DNA of 64,000 nt from Octopus bimaculoides (taxonomy: Eukaryota), in contig NC_068993.1 of assembly GCF_001194135.2 (NCBI RefSeq), forward strand, positions 55,281,424-55,345,423. Direction: 5' to 3'. The notes below the pieces were generated by a model, which saw only the letters and a program-made list of their open reading frames with translations, was not told where the DNA came from and made no database searches. The translations under genes were made by a program, and so were the position numbers. Shown piece after piece: positions 54,868 through 64,000 of this stretch. Numbering within the stretch: position 1 is the first letter of the stretch; each line of letters begins with the position of its first letter.

Positions 54868-55099
54868 GGATGGCGAGCTGGCAGAATCGTTAGCATGCCG
54901 GGCGAAATGCCTATCAGTATTTCATCTGCTGTTACGTTCTGAGTTCAAACTCCACCGAGGTCAACTTTGCCTTTCAGCCTTTCAGGGTTGATTAAATAAG
55001 TACCAGTTACACACTGGGGTCGATGTAATCGACTTAATCCCTTTGTCTGTCCTTGTTTGTCCTCTCTATGTTTAACCTCCTGTGGGCAATAAAGAAATA
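54868..55099 (+). mobile_element. tRNA-headed SINE (family C, Meta-domain-like), about 20 copies or fragments in the window
   Basis: Head GG(C/A)GGCGAGCTGGCAGAATCGTTAGC...GAGTTCAAA, central ctttgcctttcatcctttcggggtcgataaaataagtaccag. Other copies near 7245, 9320, 13275, 17081, 18850, 19072, 21735, 23490, 25305, 25640, 26470, 34409, 35120, 35420, 36730, 39564, 39770, 47420, 52620, 53228. The Meta label is from memory. Confidence 0.85.
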
Positions 55100-55175
55100 T
55101 ATATATACGTGTGTGTGTGTGTGTGTATAGATGTATATTTCACTTATGATTAAATAAGTTGCACTTCATAATTGA

Positions 55176-55256
55176 AGCTCTGATGAAACTGTAAGGGGTC
55201 ACTCAGGCACTTAAGTATGAGACCACTGCATCTTATAGTGGAAACAGCTGAGAGCT
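55176..55256 (+). ncRNA. Hammerhead ribozyme-like motif with intact core but divergent cleavage site
   Basis: AGCT-CTGATGA-A-ACTGTAAG...CTTATAGT-G-GAAA-CAGCTG-AG-AGCT: perfect CUGAUGA and GAAA, 8-bp stem II, palindromic CAGCTG stem III, AGCT/AGCT stem I. NUH is replaced by GAG. Confidence 0.55.
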
Positions 55257-56072
55257 AATAAACTTCATGAGATAATCATTTATTCCTTTGTCATCTCGTT
55301 TCTTACACACACACACACAGATATATGTGTGTGCATGTATATATATATATATATAATGTGAATGTTGAACAATGAGAATGAGTGTTCAACACTGTATTGG
55401 TGGATAAAATTTCTTTAGTTGTGTATCAAGGCTACCATTGGTTTCATGCTAAGAAAGATATCTTAACAATTTTTCAAGCCAATCACATGCAGTAATGGTG
55501 TTCCAAAATGGAGACGAATGCCATTCCTCCATATAGTTGGCTTGAAAAATTAAGATATTAAGATATTTTTCTTAATGTGAAACCATAAAGAAATATATAT
55601 ATTTGATGTCATAAGAACTAAGCAGCCTTATACTTTTTCTTTTCGAAAAGCTTTTTATCCCAATATTTACATACTGTGTCGTGTCAAATGTTGTGTTGTT
55701 ACACAAACGTGACCTAAAAAGAATTTGCTCTACCAGACCTGAATGAAGTTGGCCTCTTACCCTTGGCTGTGTAAAAGACTATCACTGTCAACATTCCCAC
55801 TACCTCCACCACCACCACCACCAACAAGAACAGCAATAACAACCATCACCATTACTATTTTCATTACCACCATCTCTACAATCACTTCCACCACCACTTT
55901 TCCATTATACAAGTACCGTCTTTATAAAAATACTTTTATGTTTTTCTCAAAACATACTTGTTATGTTATTGTTGTCATGTGTTGTTGTTGTTGTGAAGCC
56001 ACTGTGTGATGTTGTGTGTTGTTTGTTGTTGTATCATAAAAGACCTGTTTATTGTTGTGTGATGTTGTGCTG

Positions 56073-56111
<39 letters not shown>

Positions 56112-56154
56112 TTTATATGTTTGTTATTTATTGTTTGTTGTTGTTCCATTACAG

Positions 56155-56237
56155 ACCCGTCAACAATATAAAGGACATCTGCATTTTGGAAGGAATGAGA
56201 CAGCACTACCCCATTATTATGATTAAACTAAAACAAG
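56155..56237 (+). CDS. HECTD3: HECTD3 coding exon 6 (83 nt)
   Basis: Acceptor ccattacag, donor G|GTAAAT. PVNNIKDICILEGMRQHYPIIMIKLKQ aligns to DVCVLEDMTVHLPIIEIRI. Phases 2 to 1 fit neighbours. Confidence 0.88.
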
Positions 56238-56252
56238 GTAAATGACACACAC

Positions 56253-56300
<48 letters not shown>

Positions 56301-56559
56301 TACTAAATATTGCTAGAACCAGAAGAACACCGATGTAATATATCTATTCACATTTATCACAGGTGTTTGGTTCCAAGGAAACACTGTGTCAAATGAATCA
56401 AAGATGTATGAATAATAGAAAATATGAGAAAATTAGGTTTCATTCTGAGACCTGAGTTGTTCCCCTAACTTACCCGAATAAACATCTACAAGTGGTTGTT
56501 TTTACACACACATAATGATATTGTTTCATGTTTGGAAAAATATTTGGAGTAAAGTTTAA

Positions 56560-56764
56560 CCCTTTAGTATTCAGATTACTTTATCAAATGTAATGCTTAT
56601 TTAATTAATCATGCATTTCTCTATATCTTTGAGATTTTGATGATGTGATTGTATATTTTTAGAATGACATTGTAGAATAGGTATTAGATGCTAGATCTAA
56701 CTGGTTTGAACATCAAACAGGCAGTATATTTGGGCTGGATGTGGCCAGTTTAAATGCTAAAGGG
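56560..56764 (-). mobile_element. piggyBac-type MITE (about 210 bp) flanked by TTAA; about 10 copies in the window
   Basis: TTAA|CCCTTTAG(T/C)ATT...AATGCTAAAGGG|TTAA. Other copies: 913-1246 (internal duplication), 18212-18825, 19288-19502, 41855-42074, 45586-45806, about 52235-52400, 54238-54420, 57617-57790, 61455-61595. Confidence 0.85.
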
Positions 56765-57133
56765 TTAATAACATAAGATCAGTTAATAATGAAAGAATAA
56801 CTGAGAAATATCATAACAAGCACAATCTTTGGGTGATTGCTGACCTGTGTCATCAATTCATGATGAGTGTAACATGGTTTGCAATTGTGTGTACTAGGAT
56901 ATCCTGGATCAGTGATGAATGAATTAGCAATAATTGAGGATCAATGTACTTTCACAATGAAAGTTTTCCTCTCAACCAGATTTGTCTTGTTCGAGTAAGA
57001 AAGGATTAAGAGACTCAAACCTACTCTGGGAACATAAAAAACCATGTTGACTAACATGTGTGTGTACTTTATTGAGTAAAAAATTTTGTTCTTATCTACT
57101 AATTTCTTGATTATTTTTCTCTCTCTCTTTCAG

Positions 57134-57299
57134 TTGATGGCTTAGATGTACGGGTGAGAGGCCTTAAGATCCAGTCTTCTAAAGAACGCACTCTTGGATT
57201 CGATCGAGATTTCTTTTGTGAGAGGAAGCTTTTCCGTTATCCTCGTCTTGAGGCATATACTCCCGATGAGTTGTACTACAGATCTATTGCTTTGCAAAG
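57134..57299 (+). CDS. HECTD3: HECTD3 coding exon 7 (166 nt), end of the DOC domain
   Basis: Acceptor ctctttcag, donor AG|GTAAGC. (V)DGLDVRVRGLKIQSSKERTLG...RYPRLEAYTPDELYYRSIALQR. Missed by the ORF track. Confidence 0.96.
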
Positions 57300-58109
57300 G
57301 TAAGCTTTTATTAACCCAGCTTATCTTGTTTGAGAAGAACACACTAGAAATAGGGACAGGTCCTCTTTTACTTCAGTAACTATCTGGATTGTGTTATGTG
57401 ACATCACTGGCAATCTAACTTCTTCTTCAAAATACTGAACACAATCAACAGTATCAGTCCTACTGACATATTGTTTATACTAAGTATAACAGCTTAATGG
57501 AAGTGTAGTTTGTACTAGGTTTAAGTTGTAATGTAGATTATAGTGAGATCAATAGTTTAACAGTATACTTTATAATGATTTTAGCATAAAAACAGGAAAT
57601 ATAATTTATACTTTAATCCTTTAGCATTTCAACCAGTCATATCAGGTTCAAATATTCTACCAGTTTTATGTTAAAACTGGCCAGTTCTGGCCTCTCACAC
57701 CTACCTTACAATGTCGTTATAAAAATAAACAATCATATCATTGAAATCTCGAAGCTATGAGATGATGCATGATTAATTCAAAACAATGTCAAAACATGCT
57801 AAAAGCACCATTCGAGCATGGTTGTTGCCAGTGCCGCCTGACTGGCTCCCGTGCTGGTGGCATGTAAAAAGCACCTACTACAGTCTCGGAGTAGTTGGCG
57901 TTAGGAAGGGCATCCAGTTGTAGAAACTCTGCCAGATCAGATTGGAGCCTGGTGCAGCCTTCTCGCTTGCAAGCTCTTAGTCAAACCGTCCAACCCATGC
58001 CAGCATGGAAAGCAAACATTAAAGAACGATGACGATGATCCTGCAATGTGTTCTGATGTAACCACCCTCCTCCTCTCTGTGTTATCTCACCTCAGCTCTT
58101 ATCTTTCAG

Positions 58110-58191
58110 GTTCATATCCTTATTAGACAGTGTGTTATCTTACATTGTACCCAAGTGGAGTCATCAATACAAGTCGACACTGGATCTGGAG
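58110..58191 (+). CDS. HECTD3: HECTD3 coding exon 8 (82 nt)
   Basis: Acceptor atctttcag, donor GAG|GTAATT. FISLLDSVLSYIVPKWSH matches FIKILDSVLHHLVPAWDH. Confidence 0.93.
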
Positions 58192-58353
58192 GTAATTTGT
58201 TACAACAATCTCACATAGACTTGCACATGCACACATAGATATGTATGTATGTTCGTATAAGCATATTATTCTTATCGTTTCTAATACAGACCAGCTGTAG
58301 TGTCCTCCCACCAAGTCGCCATAGTCATCTTGTGTCTCTATCTTCTGTTTCAG

Positions 58354-58430
58354 TCAATAAGACAATTATTACCGTTATCACAGATGAGACCCTTAATGGT
58401 TGAAACATTCCTCAGGGAAACAGTTAAAGA
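58354..58430 (+). CDS. HECTD3: HECTD3 coding exon 9 (77 nt)
   Basis: Acceptor ctgtttcag, donor GA|GTAAGT. SIRQLLPLSQMRPLMVETFLRETVK aligns to [23 protein letters not shown]. Phases 0 to 2 bridge exons 8 and 10 exactly. Confidence 0.87.
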
Positions 58431-58884
58431 GTAAGTATTCTGTTATTGTTGTTTAGCCCTTAATCTAACAGAACTGCGATCAAAGACATTACAACCATGA
58501 CCCTCACTCCCTTTCCTTTCTCTCATCTCTCTCCCATACACTTTCTGTCTTCTCTTTCTTACATCAATCTCACTATTTCTTTCTCACTTTCTTTGAGTCT
58601 CTCTATGTCTCTTTTTCTCTGTATCTTCTCCGTTTCTCTCTCTCTCTCTCTCTCTCTTACTATATTACACTGTATCCTCCTCTCTCTTGTTATATCATAC
58701 TGGCTCTTCCTCTCTCTCTGTCTCTTGCTATATAACTATCTCTCTGTCTCTTGCTGTATAACTGTCTCTCTTTCTCTTGCTATCTCTTTTTATTCTTATA
58801 CATTCTTAGTTACTCCTGTTGTCTCCTCCTCTCCTACTGCACTCTCCTCTCTTGTCACTCTTCCTCTCTCTGTCTTTCTTTCAC

Positions 58885-58919
<35 letters not shown>

Positions 58920-58959
58920 CACCTGTCTCTATATCCCATCTGTAATTCCACTTTTGCAG

Positions 58960-59118
58960 AAGACCGCTGGATGTTCGGATATTGTTCATAAACAGACGAG
59001 CTGCCACTGAACATCGTGCTGATCCACAGAAAGACTCTACTTGTAAGAACACAGTGTTTATGCAAGTTTTCGAAGGTTTAAAACCCAAAGAGAAGAAAGC
59101 AAAACATTTAAATTACCG
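58960..59118 (+). CDS. HECTD3: HECTD3 coding exon 10 (159 nt)
   Basis: Acceptor ttttgcag, donor CG|[41 protein letters not shown]...LNYR matches LYINRRLAMEHR...CKNAVFTQVYEGLKP...LDYR. Confidence 0.94.
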
Positions 59119-59392
59119 GTTCGTTCCTTCCATTTATTTCCTTTTTATATTTTTGTTTGCTTTTATATTTTTTCTTTTCTTTTGCTTGTTTTAGTCATTT
59201 TGACTGCGACCATGCTGGAGCATCGCCTTTAGTCGAGCAAATCGTCCCCAGGTCTTATTCTTTGTCAGCCTAGTACCTATTCTGTCGGTCTCCTTTGCTA
59301 AGTTATGGAGACATAAACACACCAGCATCGGTTGTCAAGCGAAGATGGGGGGACAAACAAAGACACACAGACATATACACACACAGACATAT

Positions 59393-59431
<39 letters not shown>

Positions 59432-59539
59432 CGACGGGCTTCTTTCAGTTTCCGTCTACCAAATCCACTCACAAGGCTCACAAGCCCTTAGCTGACCAAA
59501 GCTTGTGAGTGGATTTGGTGAACCAAAACTGAAAGAAGA

Positions 59540-59583
<44 letters not shown>

Positions 59584-60275
59584 TACACAAACATATATAT
59601 AGATATATACATACATATATATACACACACACACATATACACATATATATAGATATATACATACATATGTATGTGTGTGTGTATACACTTATGTGAGTGT
59701 GTGTATATTTGTGTCTCCTTGCCTTGACATTGTGTGATCATTGTCTACGAAATTCATTATCAGTATTCTATGAAAAACATGTCTGGCCATAGAGAAGTAT
59801 TACTTTGCTTGGAAACAGGTGAGGGTTGGCAACAGGAAGGGGCGTCTGGCTGTAGAAAATCTGCCTCAATAAATTCTGTCTGACCCATGCAAGTATGGGA
59901 AAGTGGACGTTAAAACTGGTGTCATGCTCACTTCAGCAGAGAACATGAATGTTGAATGATGAGGATGATGGACAAAACTCTGAAGAAATGCATTCACACT
60001 ATGAACATGTCTTCTTTAGGGCTATTTACGACTACATTACCTCATGTATCTTTTCCTTATTTAAGATGATGTGCAAGGAGAGAGATTTGGCTGCTATTTC
60101 TAACATGTCAGGTGACTCTGTAGAGTCTCTGTCATTGTGTTACATTTGGCATTTACATCCAGTTGTTGTTGTTGTATTGCTCCACATCAGCACTGATTGA
60201 GCTGTCCTGTGGGATGCAAGTCATTGGCTCTCTCTCTCTCTCTATCTATCTATCTACCTACCTACCTACCTACCC

Positions 60276-60313
<38 letters not shown>

Positions 60314-60344
60314 ATCTATCTATATCTATCTATCTATCTTCTTT

Positions 60345-60512
60345 TTTTTTTCTCGATCCCTTTTGATTGAACTCTCCCCTTTTTTTCCTTTCCTACGATC
60401 CCTTTTGATCAACCCCCCCCTTTTTTTCTCTCCTTCCCCCTCCCAAAAAGAAAAGCTCTGCATTGTATTTGTCCCCTCTGTGTAAAGCCCTGTGTGGCTA
60501 ATAAAAGAAATG
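60345..60512 (+). mobile_element. Probable 3' end of a Tx1/L1-type LINE embedded in (TCTA)n/(TGTC)n microsatellite
   Basis: Pyrimidine-rich tract then cattgtatttgtcc...aataaaagaaat, with tetranucleotide repeats on both sides. Resembles the 3' UTR at about 13150-13260. Confidence 0.45.
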
Positions 60513-60668
60513 TATCTATCTGTCTGTCTGTCTGTCTCTATCTATCTCTCTATCTACATCATGTAATCTGATGGCTGTTGGTCACCACTTTTTCTTGTAT
60601 ACATTATTTTGCTTTTTTATCTTTCTGTCTACTTATGTTGTATGTTTTGTATTTTTTTTTTTTATTAG

Positions 60669-60837
60669 TTGGCCCAACAAATATGACCAGTGGTGGGAGT
60701 GTAAATTCTTGATGGAAGGGATTATTGATCAAGGAGGAGGTTTCCGTGATAGTCTATCAGACGTTTCTGAAGAACTGTGTCCAAGCTGTTTGGATACTCC
60801 AGTACCTCTGCCTTGCTTTATACGCTCCCCAAATCAG
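60669..60837 (+). CDS. HECTD3: HECTD3 coding exon 11 (169 nt), start of the HECT domain
   Basis: Acceptor after a T-rich tract (ttattag), donor CAG|[45 protein letters not shown] is the HECT N-lobe motif (F.GEG..D.GG..R) in its HECTD3-specific form. Confidence 0.97.
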
Positions 60838-61845
60838 GTAAAAACAAGACAGATTCTCTTTGTTCTCTTGAAAATTACTCATTCTTTCCCTCAGTCTCTT
60901 CCTATCTATCTCACCATCATTATCATCATAATTTAATGTCTGTTTTCCATGCTGACATGGGTTAGCTGGTTTGACAGGAGCTGACCAGCTGAAGGGCTGT
61001 TCAGACGCCATGTTTGTTTTGGCATGGTTTCTATGGCTGGATGTCCTTCCTAGCACCAACCACTTTACAGAGTGTACTGGGTGCTTTTTATATGGCACCA
61101 GCACCTACAAGCCTGCCAGATTTGGGATGCTCAGCTGGGGAGGGTTGTGAGGTATGAGCCTGTATGCAAGGGCAGCCATGATTTTACTTAGCTTGACATG
61201 CCTTTTCAAGCACAGCAAACTGCCAGGAGTCTTGATCTATTTTTCTCACTGATTCTCTATCTACCTGGACAGATTAGTCAACTCTCTCTCTTTCTCTCTC
61301 TATTTGTTGTCTCTCTAGTTCATCTTCCCGTTATGCAGATACAGTACTGATTTTCCAGGACCTTTGGTGCCAAAACCTTTCTAGTTAACTGATTTTTTTT
61401 CCAAAAACCAGGGATGGTCACCTTTGCCAACATACTCTAAATTAAACAAATGTTAGATCTGGTCTCTCACACCTACCTTACAATGTCATTCTAAAATAAA
61501 CTATCACATCCTCAAAATCTCAAAGCTATGAGATAATGCATGATTAATTCAAACCAACGTGAATAAAAAAACTTATTTGACTGGATGCTTAAAGGTCAAA
61601 CAAGTTGTCAATCTGTTACCTGTAACGTTATGGAGCAACTAGGTGAAGTGAGGCCATGTAGACTAAAGTATTCTAACAACAAAATACCAGCAATATATTT
61701 GACTCCCTGGTCCATCGAACATCATACAATGTTTTATTACAAAAACTATTACACTCAGCCTGTCCACTTGACCACCCCATATCAAATAAACTCCAAATAT
61801 ATGTGCTAAACTAATGTCAGTATTTCTGTTGAATCATTGATCCAG

Positions 61846-61968
61846 GTACATGAAGACTCGAATGTCAACCGTGATGCATACATACCCAATCCTTCCTGTA
61901 CATGGTTCGCTGAATATGAATGGATTGGTCAGCTGATGGGAGCTTGTTTCCGCAGTAAAGAAAATTTA
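61846..61968 (+). CDS. HECTD3: HECTD3 coding exon 12 (123 nt), HECT domain; the gene continues beyond the window
   Basis: Acceptor gatccag, donor TTA|[39 protein letters not shown] matches [33 protein letters not shown]. No further HECT exon recognised before 64000. Confidence 0.95.
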
Positions 61969-64000
61969 GTAAGAAGTATTGTTCTCTTCCTATTTATTAC
62001 TTTTTTTTTTAAAATTTAAACTTCATTCTTGTGGGGTTTTCCCTCTTTTCCTTCTTCCTTTGTTTTTATTTTTTTCTCCTTTGTTCATCAGAAAATATAT
62101 TTGAGTCAATTTTTAGAACTTCTTTGGTAATCACATGACTTTCTTTTTTGTTTTTTTAACAGTAGCCAATTAGGGAGCTTTTGTGTAAGTTGTGTAATCT
62201 GTAATACAACAGCCAATAAAAACTAGCAGGACATGTTCTAGATCCTACATGAAGGACAAAACTTAAGGGGTAGTTACAGGCTTCTACATGTAGCTGTGGA
62301 AGTATGGAAAGTGGGGAGAAGAGAGAGAGAGACTGCTCTAAATAACTCTAAGAGAGGAACCAGCTGATGATGGTGACAATTATAGGATCACAAGGAATAT
62401 GAAGTATATGAAAGCATGGAAATCAATTTGCATGTTGGTTGGCGTTAGGAAGGGCATCCAGCTGTAGAAACTCAGATTTAGCCTGGTGTAGCCATCTGGT
62501 TTCACCAGTCCTCTGTCAAATCGTCCAACCCATGCTAGCATGGAAAGCGGACGTTTAAACGACGACGATGACGACGGCATATGTTGGATGAATTTTCATG
62601 AACTGAGTAAGCACCAATTCTGGTGCTCTCCGATGAATGGCAATCATGTCTTGTGCATAGATTCCATTTAGCATGTTCACTTTTTTTAGTGAACCGTCCA
62701 AGCACTTATGAAATTATTTCATGTGTATTGTTGCTGTTGCATGGTTAGATCGTTGGCATCTAAACTGGCAACTTCACCAAGTTGGCTTGGTGAGGAGGGT
62801 TTTTTTGGGACACCCTGTGGGGGCCATCCAATAGTGTGTATATAGAAGGGTTAACTTCAGTGATGAAAAATCCCTGAGCCAGGGTTACGATGAAGTCATG
62901 GGGAGCAGCATGGCGGATGTGAAGTTGGACATTTTGATCTTCATTTGATGTATGATCTTCATTCGGCAAAATTACATGACACAATCTGGGGAGAAGAGCC
63001 TCTTTAGCCAATGGTCAGTCTAGTGCCAACCAATCCAATTACAAGGTTACTGTCAGTTGAGAGAACTGGCGATTCAACAACTCACTTTGTCAACTTGGAA
63101 ACCTTATGGAGTTCTGGCACCTCACAGTGTCACTGATTGAAGTTGGATGATTAGTAGCAGTAGTAGTAGAGTCATTCTCTTATGCACCTGACTCATATGC
63201 TGGCATGGGTTGGACAGTTTGACAGGAGCTGGTCAAGCAGAAGACTGCACCAGGCCTCAGCGCCTGTTTTGGCATGGTTTCTTACAGCTGGTTCACTGCT
63301 GCATTTTCTAATATAACTATTGTGTTATTGCTACATGTTCTAATGTAATTGCTAATTCATTACCTCATGTACCGACATAACTGTTCATTGCTGTTTCTAT
63401 TAATATAATTTTTAATGCATTGCTACATGTGCCAAGTTGGTTACTAATTCATTGCTGCTTGTAATCATCGTCATCGTCATCTTAATGTCCACTTTCCCAT
63501 GCTGGCATGGTTCAGATGAAAACAAATTTTAGTTACCTTACAAAGGTATTTAATTATAATTTGAACTTTTGTTTTGATCTCTTCTGATTTTTATGCTTCA
63601 AAGTAGAGTACTTAGCCACTTGCACGTTAATTTCACAAGCAAGTTGTTTGATTGATTAGGAACACTTATTGTGATAACCGGTGGAGTGCCAGTTACGTTG
63701 TGTGGTGAAAGTAGCATAGCCAGATGATTCACAAATTTGCTTCACTACCACAAGTTCCCTGGTTCTTCAGGAGTAAGGAATCTTTTACAAAAGCATTGGG
63801 TCGACCGATATCTTGAAAGTAAAAGTGAGTTGACAGACAGCACGTGGCAGCCCATTGAATGGATTGTCCAGGCTTGTTGCACATTCTCTCACTGATTCTG
63901 TCTGTGGGGTTCTCAGTCATACTGTTTATCATGCTAATTCAGTGAACAGTTACCTCAGTTGATTGATCAACTGAATATTTATTGTTAAAACCCAGAGGAG

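Noticed and set aside
58381-58420. CAGATGA-GACC-cttaat-GGTT-GAAAC in HECTD3 exon 9 resembling a hammerhead core
   Set aside because: Core U4 is A, no stem I or NUH partner is found, and the sequence is explained by coding constraint.

Overview
AT-rich animal genomic DNA, very dense in microsatellites, SINEs, LINE relics and MITEs, with four short N gaps. The repeat families match my recollection of octopus (coleoid cephalopod) repeats; this is inference, not a database result. One protein-coding gene is well supported: a HECTD3 orthologue (DOC/APC10 domain plus HECT E3 ubiquitin ligase) on the + strand. I assembled it by hand from 12 GT-AG exons between 29146 and 61968 (1788 nt, 596 codons, all phases compatible); the rest of the HECT domain lies beyond the window. 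No confident gene was found in 1-28 kb. Intron 1 (about 15.9 kb) holds a degraded Penelope-like element (RT, thumb, GIY-YIG) broken up by (AAT)n tracts and SINEs. The most interesting unannotated signals are: four dispersed minimal type-I hammerhead ribozyme-like motifs of the Penelope type (one near-canonical); a 143-bp near-perfect palindrome centred on an RTE LINE tail; several SINE-derived foldbacks inside the HECTD3 pre-mRNA; and modular SINEs whose tails match different LINE 3' ends. Family assignments come from motif recognition only; no searches were run, and TE boundaries are approximate.
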